Positions 20,203 to 30,130 of a stretch of 64,000 nucleotides of DNA are shown here, one piece after another (position 1 is the first letter of the stretch; each line of letters starts with the position of its first letter). Both the position numbers and the translations under genes were made by a program. The DNA is from Calditrichia bacterium (lineage in GTDB: Bacteria > Calditrichota > Calditrichia > RBG-13-44-9 > J075): the NCBI GenBank assembly GCA_020634975.1, contig JACKAQ010000001.1:3383272-3447271 (forward strand), in the 5' to 3' direction. Below the pieces are notes generated by a model. The model was not told the origin of the DNA. It saw nothing but the letters and a program-made list of their open reading frames with translations, and made no database searches.

Positions 20203-22152
20203 ATGAACAAATGGATTAACATCATCGCTGTGGTTTTGGGGTTGGCGCAAATGGTTTTTGGGCAAGAAAATGTGCAGAATCCGCAGAGCAATGTGCAGAA
20301 TCCGCACGGCAAAATAAAATGGGAATGTGTGGATTGCCACACTACCGAATCGTGGACGGAAATGAAAGACCCGATGGTTTTCCGCCACGAAGCAACCGGT
20401 TTTGCGCTGGTTGGCGCACACAAAATTACCCAATGCATGAGTTGCCACGAAAGCCCGAAATTTGCCGAAGTCGGTGCTGCCTGCGCCGATTGCCACACCG
20501 ATGTGCACCAGGGTGAATTTGGCATCAATTGCCAGAGCTGCCACACTGCGCAAACCTGGGAAAACCGGATCGACGTTCGGCAATTGCACGCGGCTCGCGG
20601 TTTTCCGCTATCCGGTGGACATGCAGTTGCGGATTGCCAAAGCTGCCACATCAGCGAACAGCGCAACGAATTTGCCGGTACCGCAAGCGCCTGTTTTTCC
20701 TGCCACATCGCGGAATTTAACGAAACGGTCGATCCAGATCACCAGCAAGCTGGATTTTCGCTGAACTGCGAAAATTGCCACCAACCCGCGGCAATCGCCT
20801 GGAATCAGAATGTGCGATTTGATCACTCGATTTTTGAATTACGCGGCGCCCACAAAACCACCGAATGCGCGGCATGTCACACCGAACAATTTACCGGAAC
20901 GCCACGCGAATGTTTCGCCTGTCACGAAGCGGATTTCCAGACAGCACAATTGCCCGATCACATTTCGCTCGGTTTCCCAACCGAATGCGCTGAATGCCAC
21001 AACGAAACGCGTTGGCAAGGCGCTGCATTCGATCATATTTCCGCCAGTGGATTTCCTCTGAACGGTGCGCACAGCACGATTTTCTGCGCCGAATGCCATG
21101 TGGACAATCAGATGACCGGATTGCCGCGTGATTGCTTCGGTTGCCACAACGATGATTATCAGGAAACCACCGATCCCAACCACGTTCTCGGAAATTTCCC
21201 GCAGGATTGTTTGGTTTGCCATAACGAATTAACCTTTGTTCCGGCAGATTTCGATCACAATTTGACCCAGTTTCCGCTTACCGGCGCACATGCGACGCTT
21301 CAGTGCGAAAGCTGCCACGAAACCGGCGATTTCACCGCGTTGCCAACGGAGTGCTATTCTTGCCATCAACCGGATTTTGAGGGCACAACCGATCCGGGGC
21401 ATGTGCAAAATAACTTCAGTTTCGATTGTACGCTTTGTCACAGCACTTCCGCATGGGAACCGGCGACGTTTGACCATAACGCCACCGATTTCCCGCTGAC
21501 CGGTGCGCACATCGGGCTGGATTGTTTGAGCTGCCACAGTTCCGGGTATGCCGGAACCCCAACCGCCTGCGTTTCCTGTCACGAAGATGATTTTCAGGCG
21601 ACGACGGATCCCAACCACATCGCTGCTGCATTTCCGCTGGAATGCGAAGTTTGCCACAGCACGGTAGCGTGGGAGCCCGCAATATTTGATCACGATAACA
21701 CAGATTTTCCGTTGACCGGTGCGCACACCGGTGTGGATTGCAACAGTTGTCACGCCAGCGGATACACCGGCACGCCGACAGCATGTGTCAGTTGCCATCA
21801 ATCCGATTTTGACAACACAACCGATCCCAACCACATTGCGGCAAACTTTCCGGTTCAGTGCGAAGTTTGCCATAGCACCACCGCATGGGAGCCGGCAAAC
21901 TGGAATCACGATCAGCTGTATTTCCCGATTTACTCCGGCGAGCACCGCAACGAGTGGGATACCTGCGCGGATTGTCACCTCGACCAGACCAATTTTGCCA
22001 CTTTCGAATGCATTTTCTGTCACGAGCACCGCCAATCGGAAATGGATGACGAGCACAACGACGTGAACAACTACGTTTACGAAAGCACCGCTTGCTACAA
22101 TTGCCACCCGGACGGCCGGGAATTGATGCAATTGGATCGGATGCGTAATTAG
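20203..22152 (+). CDS. multiheme c-type cytochrome, 25 CxxCH motifs, secreted, with a modular tri-heme repeat architecture
   Basis: It has a signal peptide. There are 25 CxxCH sites. A module of about 65 aa, 'FDH..TDFPLTGAH....C.SCH..GY.GTPT.C.SCH..DF..TTDPNH', recurs at least six times. The conserved C-terminus is 'CIFCHEHRQSEMDDEH...CYNCHPDGRE'. Confidence 0.9.
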   Translation: MNKWINIIAVVLGLAQMVFGQENVQNPQSNVQNPHGKIKWECVDCHTTESWTEMKDPMVFRHEATGFALVGAHKITQCMSCHESPKFAEVGAACADCHTDVHQGEFGINCQSCHTAQTWENRIDVRQLHAARGFPLSGGHAVADCQSCHISEQRNEFAGTASACFSCHIAEFNETVDPDHQQAGFSLNCENCHQPAAIAWNQNVRFDHSIFELRGAHKTTECAACHTEQFTGTPRECFACHEADFQTAQLPDHISLGFPTECAECHNETRWQGAAFDHISASGFPLNGAHSTIFCAECHVDNQMTGLPRDCFGCHNDDYQETTDPNHVLGNFPQDCLVCHNELTFVPADFDHNLTQFPLTGAHATLQCESCHETGDFTALPTECYSCHQPDFEGTTDPGHVQNNFSFDCTLCHSTSAWEPATFDHNATDFPLTGAHIGLDCLSCHSSGYAGTPTACVSCHEDDFQATTDPNHIAAAFPLECEVCHSTVAWEPAIFDHDNTDFPLTGAHTGVDCNSCHASGYTGTPTACVSCHQSDFDNTTDPNHIAANFPVQCEVCHSTTAWEPANWNHDQLYFPIYSGEHRNEWDTCADCHLDQTNFATFECIFCHEHRQSEMDDEHNDVNNYVYESTACYNCHPDGRELMQLDRMRN

Positions 22153-22334
22153 TTTTCAAAGCAAAAAACAAGTTGAAAGATATTCAAGAAATAACGCCAC
22201 GGAGACACAGAGTGCACAGAGCATTGAAAATAAATAACTTAAAAAGCCCTCTGTTTTCTCTGTGTCTGTGGTTTCGCAAAATTTTTTAACGTTTACTCAG
22301 AAATAAAATTTTTACCCAAAGCAAGGTTTGCAAA

Positions 22335-23957
22335 ATGAAACAGATGTTGAAAATCGCAATTGCGCTATGGCTCGCATTCACGTTGTTTGGCGTGTCGGCG
22401 CAGGAAAAAACCACCCGGTACGAGGTTCGCTATGTTTCTGCGGAAAATGTATATCTTGCGGCGGGCAGCCAGGTTGGGCTGGCGATTGGCGATACGCTGG
22501 AAATCCGCGATCGCGGTAAAATGATTGCCCGGGTGCTGGTCACTTACGTTGCGGAACAATCGTCGAGCTGTCAGATTTTGACCGCCACAGGCGAAATCCG
22601 TCCGGGAATGGGCGCGGTTTTGACTGGCGCAGCGCCGCAAACCGAACCCGGTTTACCCGGTGAAACGGAATCCGGCGACGTATCGAACGAAACAAAAAAG
22701 CGCACCGTCACTGTCCGGACAAAACAAAAATCCCAAAAATCCACCGATCTCAGCGGCAGCATTTCGCTGCGCTATTACACGCTGAACGATCTCACCGAAC
22801 GCAATCTCGATTTTAAACAGCCCACATTTCGGATCAATTTGCGGGCAAAACGGTTGTGGGGAAAAGATTACACACTGCGCATCCACACCCGCACCCGCCA
22901 CGATGAGCGCACCCGTGCCTATCGCGAAGACGTGCCCAAAAGCGAATGGCGCAACCGGATTTACCAGTTTGCACTCGGTTACGAAAACCGCGATGCCCGG
23001 GTAAATTTCCGGCTCGGGCGCATCACCACCAACCGGCTGAGCGGCGTTGGCTACATCGACGGATTGCAGTTGCAATTCAACCTTTCGCCATCGGTTGATG
23101 TGGGAATTTTGGGCGGCACGCAGCCGAACTGGCGCGATTCTGCACCGCAAACGAATGTTCAAAAAGCTGGTGCATTTCTTCATTTTCAAAACGGCGAGAT
23201 GCGCGGTCGCTTTTTCGAAACGACCGTTGCCGCCGCCGGCGCGTATGCGGATGGCGTGGTCAGCCGGGAGTTTTTGTACTGGCGTAGCAATTTTCGTTCG
23301 CCGGGCGGATTCAGCTTTTTCCACATGCTGGAAATGGACATGAATCGCAATTGGCGAAAAGAAAAAACCGGCAAAAGCGCGGTGCTCTCCAATCTTTATC
23401 TGTCCGCGCGGCAGCGTATTTCCGATGCGGTTACTGCCGGCGTTACTTTCGATAACCGGCAAAATTACTGGACTTACGAAATTCGCACATTGGCAGACAG
23501 TCTGTTCGACGATGCGCTCCGAACCGGATTTCGCGGCAATCTTTCCGTTAAATTGCCCGGCAGGATTTACGTTTTCGCCAACGGCGGTTTGCGCAAAATT
23601 GAACGGGATAATGTTACCACAACCTCGTACGCTATCGGCTTGAATCGCAGCGGATTGCCCGGCAACACATCGCTGCGGCTGAACGGCTCCGGTTTTTCGA
23701 ACAAGAATACCAACGGCACGAATATCGGCGGCGATATCGGCAAAAGCTTCTCCGCCGGTCACCGGATCGATATCGGTTATTCGCGCTACGCCTATTCGTT
23801 CGATTGGGACGGCATCAATCGCGTGACCGATACGTACAGCGCGCAAGCCTATTTGATGCTGCCGGCACGGCTGTTTTTCAGCGGGCTGTATCAATACGAT
23901 CTGGGCGATGATATCGAAGGTTTCCGAATGTATCTGGAATTCGGGTATCGTTTTTAA
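22335..23957 (+). CDS. outer-membrane beta-barrel protein encoded between the two 25-heme cytochrome paralogs (putative porin component of a porin-cytochrome complex)
   Basis: It has a signal peptide and about 540 aa. The alternating-hydrophobic strand pattern ends 'YLEFGYRF', a terminal Phe. The position is analogous to mtrB/ombB-type genes. Confidence 0.65.
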   Translation: MKQMLKIAIALWLAFTLFGVSAQEKTTRYEVRYVSAENVYLAAGSQVGLAIGDTLEIRDRGKMIARVLVTYVAEQSSSCQILTATGEIRPGMGAVLTGAAPQTEPGLPGETESGDVSNETKKRTVTVRTKQKSQKSTDLSGSISLRYYTLNDLTERNLDFKQPTFRINLRAKRLWGKDYTLRIHTRTRHDERTRAYREDVPKSEWRNRIYQFALGYENRDARVNFRLGRITTNRLSGVGYIDGLQLQFNLSPSVDVGILGGTQPNWRDSAPQTNVQKAGAFLHFQNGEMRGRFFETTVAAAGAYADGVVSREFLYWRSNFRSPGGFSFFHMLEMDMNRNWRKEKTGKSAVLSNLYLSARQRISDAVTAGVTFDNRQNYWTYEIRTLADSLFDDALRTGFRGNLSVKLPGRIYVFANGGLRKIERDNVTTTSYAIGLNRSGLPGNTSLRLNGSGFSNKNTNGTNIGGDIGKSFSAGHRIDIGYSRYAYSFDWDGINRVTDTYSAQAYLMLPARLFFSGLYQYDLGDDIEGFRMYLEFGYRF

Positions 23958-24105
23958 CCCGAATTTACGTAAATTGCTGAAAATTATGGAAACAGCATCT
24001 TCTCTACGAAGAACCGCATGAGGGGATATTTATTATAGATTTGATACTAATCGCGCAAAATGACGGCTCATAAATTTTGTGCAAAGGCGTGATGGGAAGA
24101 TAAAC

Positions 24106-26031
24106 ATGCGTTGGGCAGCGGTTATTCTGATTGTTGTCGTTTGGGTTAGCAATGGTTTTTCGCAAAATAATTCAAACAATCCCCACGGGAAAATCAAATG
24201 GGATTGCATCAATTGCCACACAACGGATTCGTGGACAACGTTGAAAAAGCAAATGGATTTTGATCACGATGACACCCGGTTTTCGCTGGAAGGAGTGCAT
24301 CAAACCACCGATTGTATGAGCTGCCACACCCTCAAATTTGCCGATGCAACCCGCGCTTGCCTCGATTGTCACACAGATGCACACGAAGGCAATTTGGGCA
24401 TGTATTGCCAGAATTGCCATACACCGCAAAGCTGGAACGATCCCCAAAATATGTTGCAAATTCACGCTGAACGGGGATTTCCGTTGTCCGGTGCACATGC
24501 GATTTCCGATTGTCAGTCCTGCCACACAACCGAGCTGTTCAACGAGTTTTCCGGCACCGCGAACAGCTGTTTCACCTGCCACATGGACGATTTTACCCAA
24601 ACCGAAAATCCAGATCACCAAAGCGCCGCATTTTCGATGCAGTGCGAAACCTGCCATCTTCCCGCTGCCATCAATTGGCAGCAGAGCGTGCGATACGAAC
24701 ATCCGCCGCAATTTGCTATCAACGGTGCGCACCGCTCGCTGGACTGCGCCGAATGCCACAGCGAAACCTTTGCCGGAACGCCGGATATGTGTTTCGATTG
24801 CCATTCAGAAGCGTTCCGCAGCGTAGAAATGCCTGACCACGCGGCGATGGGTTTCCCGACTGAATGCGCAGTTTGCCACTCGGAAAACGGTTGGCAGGGT
24901 GCCGCATTCGATCACGTTCAGGCCAGCGGATTTGAGTTGAACGGCGCACATGCGATTGCCCAATGTGTCGATTGCCACGCCGATAACCAATTGGCAGGAT
25001 TGCCGCGCGACTGTTTCGGCTGCCACGAAACGGAATTTCAGGAAGCGCTGGAACCAAATCACGTTGCCAATAATTTTCCGATGGAATGCCAAAATTGCCA
25101 TGTGGAAGTTGCCTGGCAGCCCGCCACATTTGATCACGATTTGACGGATTTCCCGCTTTCCGGGGCGCATGCGACAATCCAGTGCGCGGATTGCCACGAA
25201 AATGGCGAATTCATCGCGCTGCAAACCGACTGTTACGCCTGCCATCAGATTGATTTTGAAAACGCTAACGAACCTGATCATGTGGCAAATAACTTCAGTG
25301 TTGTGTGCACGGATTGCCACACAGATCTCGCGTGGGAACCGGCGACGTTTGATCACAACGCGACAGATTTCCCGCTGACCGGTGCGCATGTTTCGGTGAA
25401 CTGCATCGATTGCCACAGCGCTGGTTACACCGGTACGCCGACAGCATGTTTCGCCTGCCATGAAACCGATTTTCAAAACACAACCAATCCAAACCACGTT
25501 GCTGCGGGGTTTCCGCTGGAATGCGAGGTGTGCCACACTACAACAGAGTGGCAATCTGCAACATATGATCACGACCAAACAGGCTATCCGCTAACCGGGG
25601 CACATAATTTGCTAACCTGTAATGACTGTCATTCGGGCGGTTATTCCGGCACACCGACGGTTTGTGTGGGTTGCCATTTGGATGATTATCAGGGCACAAC
25701 CGATCCGGATCATGCGGCAGCCGGATTTCCCACAGAGTGCGAAACGTGCCACAATACCACAAGGTGGGATCAGACAAACTGGAATCATGATCAGTTGTAT
25801 TTTCCGATTTACTCCGGGGAGCATCGAAATGAGTGGAATACTTGCGCCGACTGCCATGTGGACCAGAATAATTTTGCGGTTTTCGAGTGCATTTTCTGCC
25901 ACGAACACCGTCAATCAAAGATGGATGATGAACACGATGGTGTAACCGGTTATGTTTACGAAAGCGGTGCCTGTTATGCCTGTCACCCGGATGGTCGCGA
26001 GCGAATGCGACTGGAGCGCATCAGGCAATAG
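24106..26031 (+). CDS. multiheme c-type cytochrome, 25 CxxCH motifs; paralog of 20203..22152
   Basis: The module order is the same and the termini are near-identical ('NPHGKIKW.C..CHTT.SWT', 'CIFCHEHRQSKMDDEH...CYACHPDGRE'). An AGGGAAG SD precedes the ATG at 24106. The ORF track's earlier ATG at 24079 is less likely. Confidence 0.9.
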   Translation: MRWAAVILIVVVWVSNGFSQNNSNNPHGKIKWDCINCHTTDSWTTLKKQMDFDHDDTRFSLEGVHQTTDCMSCHTLKFADATRACLDCHTDAHEGNLGMYCQNCHTPQSWNDPQNMLQIHAERGFPLSGAHAISDCQSCHTTELFNEFSGTANSCFTCHMDDFTQTENPDHQSAAFSMQCETCHLPAAINWQQSVRYEHPPQFAINGAHRSLDCAECHSETFAGTPDMCFDCHSEAFRSVEMPDHAAMGFPTECAVCHSENGWQGAAFDHVQASGFELNGAHAIAQCVDCHADNQLAGLPRDCFGCHETEFQEALEPNHVANNFPMECQNCHVEVAWQPATFDHDLTDFPLSGAHATIQCADCHENGEFIALQTDCYACHQIDFENANEPDHVANNFSVVCTDCHTDLAWEPATFDHNATDFPLTGAHVSVNCIDCHSAGYTGTPTACFACHETDFQNTTNPNHVAAGFPLECEVCHTTTEWQSATYDHDQTGYPLTGAHNLLTCNDCHSGGYSGTPTVCVGCHLDDYQGTTDPDHAAAGFPTECETCHNTTRWDQTNWNHDQLYFPIYSGEHRNEWNTCADCHVDQNNFAVFECIFCHEHRQSKMDDEHDGVTGYVYESGACYACHPDGRERMRLERIRQ

Positions 26032-26067
26032 TTCAATTGAGGATAAAAGGAGTTTAAATTTCAAACG

Positions 26068-27411
26068 ATGGAATCTATGATTATTTATTTAGCAACAGCG
26101 GCTTTGGCTGTTATCATTTTTATACCTTATTTTGTCAAATTTCGTAAAAAACAACATGAAAATTATGAGCGCCGGAAAGAGGCTGAAACGCTGGGTGTAA
26201 TTCGACCGCAGTCGCAATTTCCACTAATTGACCAGTCACTGTGCATCGGTTGCGGTTCCTGTGTACTGGCCTGTCCGGAAGGTGATGTTTTGGGTGTAGT
26301 GCACGGCAAAGCCATGATTATCAACGGTTTACGCTGTGTTGGTCACGGGCATTGCGAAACAGCTTGTCCTGTTGGTGCCATCAAAGTCGGGCTTGGCGAC
26401 ATCACCACCCGCGATGATATTCCGGTTCTGGACAGCGGTCACCAAAGCAATGTACCCGGATTATATGTTGTTGGAGAATTGGGTGGGTTATCGCTCATCC
26501 GGAACGCCATTGCCCAGGGGCAAAATGCCGTTCGGGAATTGGCCAAAACGTTGCCGGCCAATCGTGATCGTACCATTCGGGATTTGCTGATTGTAGGTGC
26601 AGGCCCGGCAGGATTGACCGCAGCACTCACCGCCAAAGAGCAGGGGTTGAATTATCTGTTGATTGATCAGCAGGAACCGGGCGGCACCATTTTGCAATAT
26701 CCCCGACGCAAATTGGTGATGACCCAGCCGATCAATATACCGCTTCACGGGCGGCTCGACAAAACAGAATACACCAAAGAAGATTTGCTGGAAATCTGGC
26801 AGCGAATTATCAACAAACATCAATTGAATATCCAAACCGGTGAGCGGCTGACCGGGATAAATCCGGTTGGTGATGAATTTGAATTGGTCACCCAAAACAA
26901 CTCTTTTTATGCCCGAAAAGTAGTGTTGGCGTTGGGCAGGCGCGGCACACCGCGAAAATTGGGCGTGCCCGGTGAGAAAATGTCCAAAGTCGCCTATCAG
27001 TTGATCGATGCGCAATCGTATCAAAATGCCCATATTTTGGTGGTTGGCGGCGGCGATAGCGCTGTCGAAGCTGCCATTGCCCTGGCTCGCCAAAAAGGAA
27101 ATATCGTTTCCATTTCCTATCGCAAAAATAAATTTTTCCGCATCAAAAAGAAAAACGAAGATCGCATTATGCGATTGATAAAAGAGAAAAAAGTGCTGCC
27201 GTTGTTCGAATCAACGGTATTGGAAATAGAGCCGGATCGCGTGATTTTGCAGCAAGATGTGGAAATGTTTGAGATCCCCAACAATTATGTTTTTATTTTT
27301 GCCGGCGGAATTCCGCCGTTCAAAATGTTGCAGGAAATGGGTATCCGTTTTGGCGGCGAAGCCAAAACATTTGCGCCACCGGTAGCTGTTCCGTCGGGTT
27401 TCAGCAACTAA
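26068..27411 (+). CDS. membrane-anchored 2x[4Fe-4S] ferredoxin domain fused to an FAD/NAD(P)-binding pyridine-nucleotide oxidoreductase (thioredoxin-reductase-like fold)
   Basis: It has an N-terminal TM helix. 'CIGCGSCVLACPEGD' and 'CVGHGHCETACPVGA' are ferredoxin-type clusters. 'LLIVGAGPAGLTAALTA' and 'HILVVGGGDSAVEAAIALA' are dinucleotide-binding motifs. Confidence 0.75.
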   Translation: MESMIIYLATAALAVIIFIPYFVKFRKKQHENYERRKEAETLGVIRPQSQFPLIDQSLCIGCGSCVLACPEGDVLGVVHGKAMIINGLRCVGHGHCETACPVGAIKVGLGDITTRDDIPVLDSGHQSNVPGLYVVGELGGLSLIRNAIAQGQNAVRELAKTLPANRDRTIRDLLIVGAGPAGLTAALTAKEQGLNYLLIDQQEPGGTILQYPRRKLVMTQPINIPLHGRLDKTEYTKEDLLEIWQRIINKHQLNIQTGERLTGINPVGDEFELVTQNNSFYARKVVLALGRRGTPRKLGVPGEKMSKVAYQLIDAQSYQNAHILVVGGGDSAVEAAIALARQKGNIVSISYRKNKFFRIKKKNEDRIMRLIKEKKVLPLFESTVLEIEPDRVILQQDVEMFEIPNNYVFIFAGGIPPFKMLQEMGIRFGGEAKTFAPPVAVPSGFSN

Positions 27412-27465
27412 TGCATCGCGGAGGAGAGAATACGCCGCAAGTTTTATGCTTCGACGGGGCGGCTT

Positions 27466-28503
27466 TCAATAACTCGCCTCATCCAACTTCACTTTTCCGC
27501 TGAACGTTTTGTAAACGAAAATGGTGTAGCCCGCAACCAGCGGCGCACCGATGGCCACAATGGTCATCATAATTTCCAGCGTTTTTTGGGAAGACGCCGC
27601 ATTGTACACATCAATATTGTACGCCGGATCGACCGTGGACAGCAGGATATTCGGATACAACTCGATGGCGGAAAGGATCAGCAAAAAACTGATGGTCAGC
27701 GATGAAAAAATGAATGCCTGCAAAAATTTGCGCTGCGATGCCAGTCGCGGCAAATTGGCGATGCTCAAAAACGCCAGTACCGGCAGTAAAAAAAGGATCT
27801 GGTTCGAGCGGAAATCGTCGGACAAATGCGGTATGTAAAGCAATGTATAAAGCGTTGTAATACTGAAAGTTACGATAAAAAATATCATCGCGTATTTTTG
27901 CAGTTCGAGCAACTGTTTGTAGAGTTTGCCCTCCGTTTTCAGCAGCAAATAAATCGCGCCATGCGACATAAACAGCGTCAGCGATGTCAGCCCGACCAGA
28001 ATCGAATACAAATTCAAAAATTCAAAAAAACCGGCGCCCTGATACACATAATCCGGGCCGATGGCGATACCCTGCAACACATTCCCCAACACAACGCCGA
28101 GCAAAAACGCGAGCATAATGCTGGAAATGGAATACGAAACGTCCCACATTTGCCGCCACCAGCGCATCGGTTCTTTGCTGCGAAATTCAATCGAAATTGC
28201 GCGAAAAATGATGAACAGGAGGAACAGCATAAACGGCACATACATCGCGGAAAATAATGTTGCGTACACCACCGGAAATCCCGCAAACAACGCGCCGCCG
28301 CCGATAACCAGCCACACTTCGTTGCCGTCCCAAACCGGTCCGACCGCGTTCAGCGCAATCCGCCGGCTTTCCTCTTTTTTGAAAAACAAATGAAATGCGC
28401 CGGCGCCAAAATCAAAACCGTCCAAAATGGCGTATCCGGAAAACAGCGCCCCGACCACCAAAAACCACCATGTGGGATAATCTATACCAAATAATGTTTC
28501 CAT
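27466..28503 (-). CDS. cydB: cytochrome bd ubiquinol oxidase subunit II
   Basis: The N-terminus 'WWFLVVGALFSGYAILDGFDFGAGA' is characteristic of CydB. The protein is polytopic. The gene sits 3 bp downstream of cydA. Confidence 0.9.
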   Translation of the reverse strand: METLFGIDYPTWWFLVVGALFSGYAILDGFDFGAGAFHLFFKKEESRRIALNAVGPVWDGNEVWLVIGGGALFAGFPVVYATLFSAMYVPFMLFLLFIIFRAISIEFRSKEPMRWWRQMWDVSYSISSIMLAFLLGVVLGNVLQGIAIGPDYVYQGAGFFEFLNLYSILVGLTSLTLFMSHGAIYLLLKTEGKLYKQLLELQKYAMIFFIVTFSITTLYTLLYIPHLSDDFRSNQILFLLPVLAFLSIANLPRLASQRKFLQAFIFSSLTISFLLILSAIELYPNILLSTVDPAYNIDVYNAASSQKTLEIMMTIVAIGAPLVAGYTIFVYKTFSGKVKLDEASY

Positions 28504-28506
28504 CGT

Positions 28507-29886
28507 TTATTTTCCAGTTAAAATGGTTGTTATTCCTTTAGTTAAAGGTCTGTCTTCAATTTCTGATTCATCGAACGGGCCGTGTTTGATTTTTTTATCG
28601 AGCAGATATAAAAATAGCGCAAACAATAACGCGTAAATCAGGAAAAACATGATCAGTGAAAACAGAACCTGGTTGGCGGTTACCGATGCCGAAAGTGCGT
28701 CCGATGTGCGCAGTAATCCGTAAACGACCCACGGTTGCCGACCCATTTCCGCGGTAAACCAACCGACCTGATTGGCAATCTGCGGCAGTAGCACCGCGAA
28801 TACGAATATTTTGAGTAACCATTTGTTTTCGAATAACTTACCGCGCCACAGCAGAAAGCTGGCCAGCAACGTTAGCCCGATCAGCGCCATCCCGATTGCC
28901 ACCATAATATGATAAAATTGGAACACCGCATTCACCTGCGACGGGCGATCTGTTTCGGGAAACGCGTTTAGTCCGGTCACCGGTGCGGTGACATCGAAAT
29001 TCAGCAAAAACGATAAACCGCCGGGAATTTTCAACCCGGTAACTTCCTGATTTTCAGCATCCACCCAGCCAAAAATATACAGGTCAGCCGGGGCGCTGGC
29101 ATCGAAATGTCCCTCCAGCGCCGCCAGTTTTGCGGGTTGGTTTACCGCAACGCCTTCCGCCGATTTGTGTCCGGTGAACAGTTGTCCCAGCGAAAAAATC
29201 GTGGCAACAACCAGCGCAATGCTGAACGCTTTTTTGGAAATTTCGACATATCGCCCTTTCAGCAAATAGTAGGCATGAACGCTCAGCACCAAAAATGCGC
29301 CGGCAAGAAATGCACCCAACCAAACGTGCAGCAGCCTGTCCACGCTGGACGGGTTGAACACCATTGCCCAAAAATCGGTGATTTCCGCGCGGGCGCGAAT
29401 GCCTTCACCAACGATGTGAAATCCCGCCGGCGTTTGCTGCCAGCTATTTGCCACGACAATCCAGACGGCGGAAAACATGGAGCCGAGAAATACGCCGATG
29501 GTCGAAATGAGGTGAACTTTCGGTGAAACGCGGTTCCAGCCGAACAGCAGCACCCCGAGAAATCCGCTTTCCAGCGCGAACGCAAAAATGCCTTCGGCCG
29601 CCAACGCGCTGCCGAACACATCGCCCACATATCTGGAATAGGTTGCCCAGTTGGTGCCGAATTCAAATTCCATTACAATTCCGGTAACTACACCAATGCC
29701 GAAAGTTAACGCGAAAATTTTCGTCCAGAAACGGGCGAGAATTTCGTATTTTTTATCTTTCGTCCGGACGTACTGGCTTTCGAAAATAACCATGAGCAAC
29801 CCCAAACCGATGCTCAACGGCGGGTAGATATAATGAAATGCCACAGTAAATGCAAACTGGATTCTGGCTAATATTTCTACATCCAT
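28507..29886 (-). CDS. cydA: cytochrome bd ubiquinol oxidase subunit I
   Basis: The N-terminus '[28 protein letters not shown]' is characteristic of CydA. The Q-loop region and multiple TM helices are present. Confidence 0.9.
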   Translation of the reverse strand: MDVEILARIQFAFTVAFHYIYPPLSIGLGLLMVIFESQYVRTKDKKYEILARFWTKIFALTFGIGVVTGIVMEFEFGTNWATYSRYVGDVFGSALAAEGIFAFALESGFLGVLLFGWNRVSPKVHLISTIGVFLGSMFSAVWIVVANSWQQTPAGFHIVGEGIRARAEITDFWAMVFNPSSVDRLLHVWLGAFLAGAFLVLSVHAYYLLKGRYVEISKKAFSIALVVATIFSLGQLFTGHKSAEGVAVNQPAKLAALEGHFDASAPADLYIFGWVDAENQEVTGLKIPGGLSFLLNFDVTAPVTGLNAFPETDRPSQVNAVFQFYHIMVAIGMALIGLTLLASFLLWRGKLFENKWLLKIFVFAVLLPQIANQVGWFTAEMGRQPWVVYGLLRTSDALSASVTANQVLFSLIMFFLIYALLFALFLYLLDKKIKHGPFDESEIEDRPLTKGITTILTGK

Positions 29887-30130
29887 TTTATGTATCCGTG
29901 AAATGATGTTTAACTTTGGGAAATTAAGCGCTTCAAAATTACCCGGAAATCCGCTGAAAAAAGCGGTTGAAATTACAATTTTCAGCGATATGTATCCTGA
30001 TACGCAACAAATTAATGGCTGCCGCAGCCGCTATCAACGACTTTGTGAAAATAATCCTCAAATTGGTGCGAACTCATTGTCCAGCCAAAAAAATTGTAAC
30101 TATTCTAAATTTGAGGGATATTATCTGTGT

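Noticed and set aside
21229-22131. A 300-aa minus-strand ORF. Many similar long antisense ORFs inside the cytochrome genes fall in the same class (e.g. 20839..21222, 21416..21784, 22653..23894, 24805..25578).
   Set aside because: They lie entirely antisense to strongly supported CxxCH-rich genes. Their composition is low-complexity and Arg/Cys/Gly-rich, typical of the reverse strand of GC-biased codons. No SD or motif evidence supports them.
20203-26031. Periodic repeats that could be mistaken for a CRISPR-like or other non-coding tandem repeat array.
   Set aside because: The periodicity is at the protein level, from approximately 65-aa heme-binding modules. The units are neither identical nor spacer-separated. 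No cas genes are present.
29903-30130. A 5' extension of the ECF sigma factor ORF, as given by the ORF track start at 29903.
   Set aside because: It would add 76 non-conserved residues ahead of sigma region 2. The in-frame ATG at 30131 gives a canonical ECF sigma length of about 163 aa.
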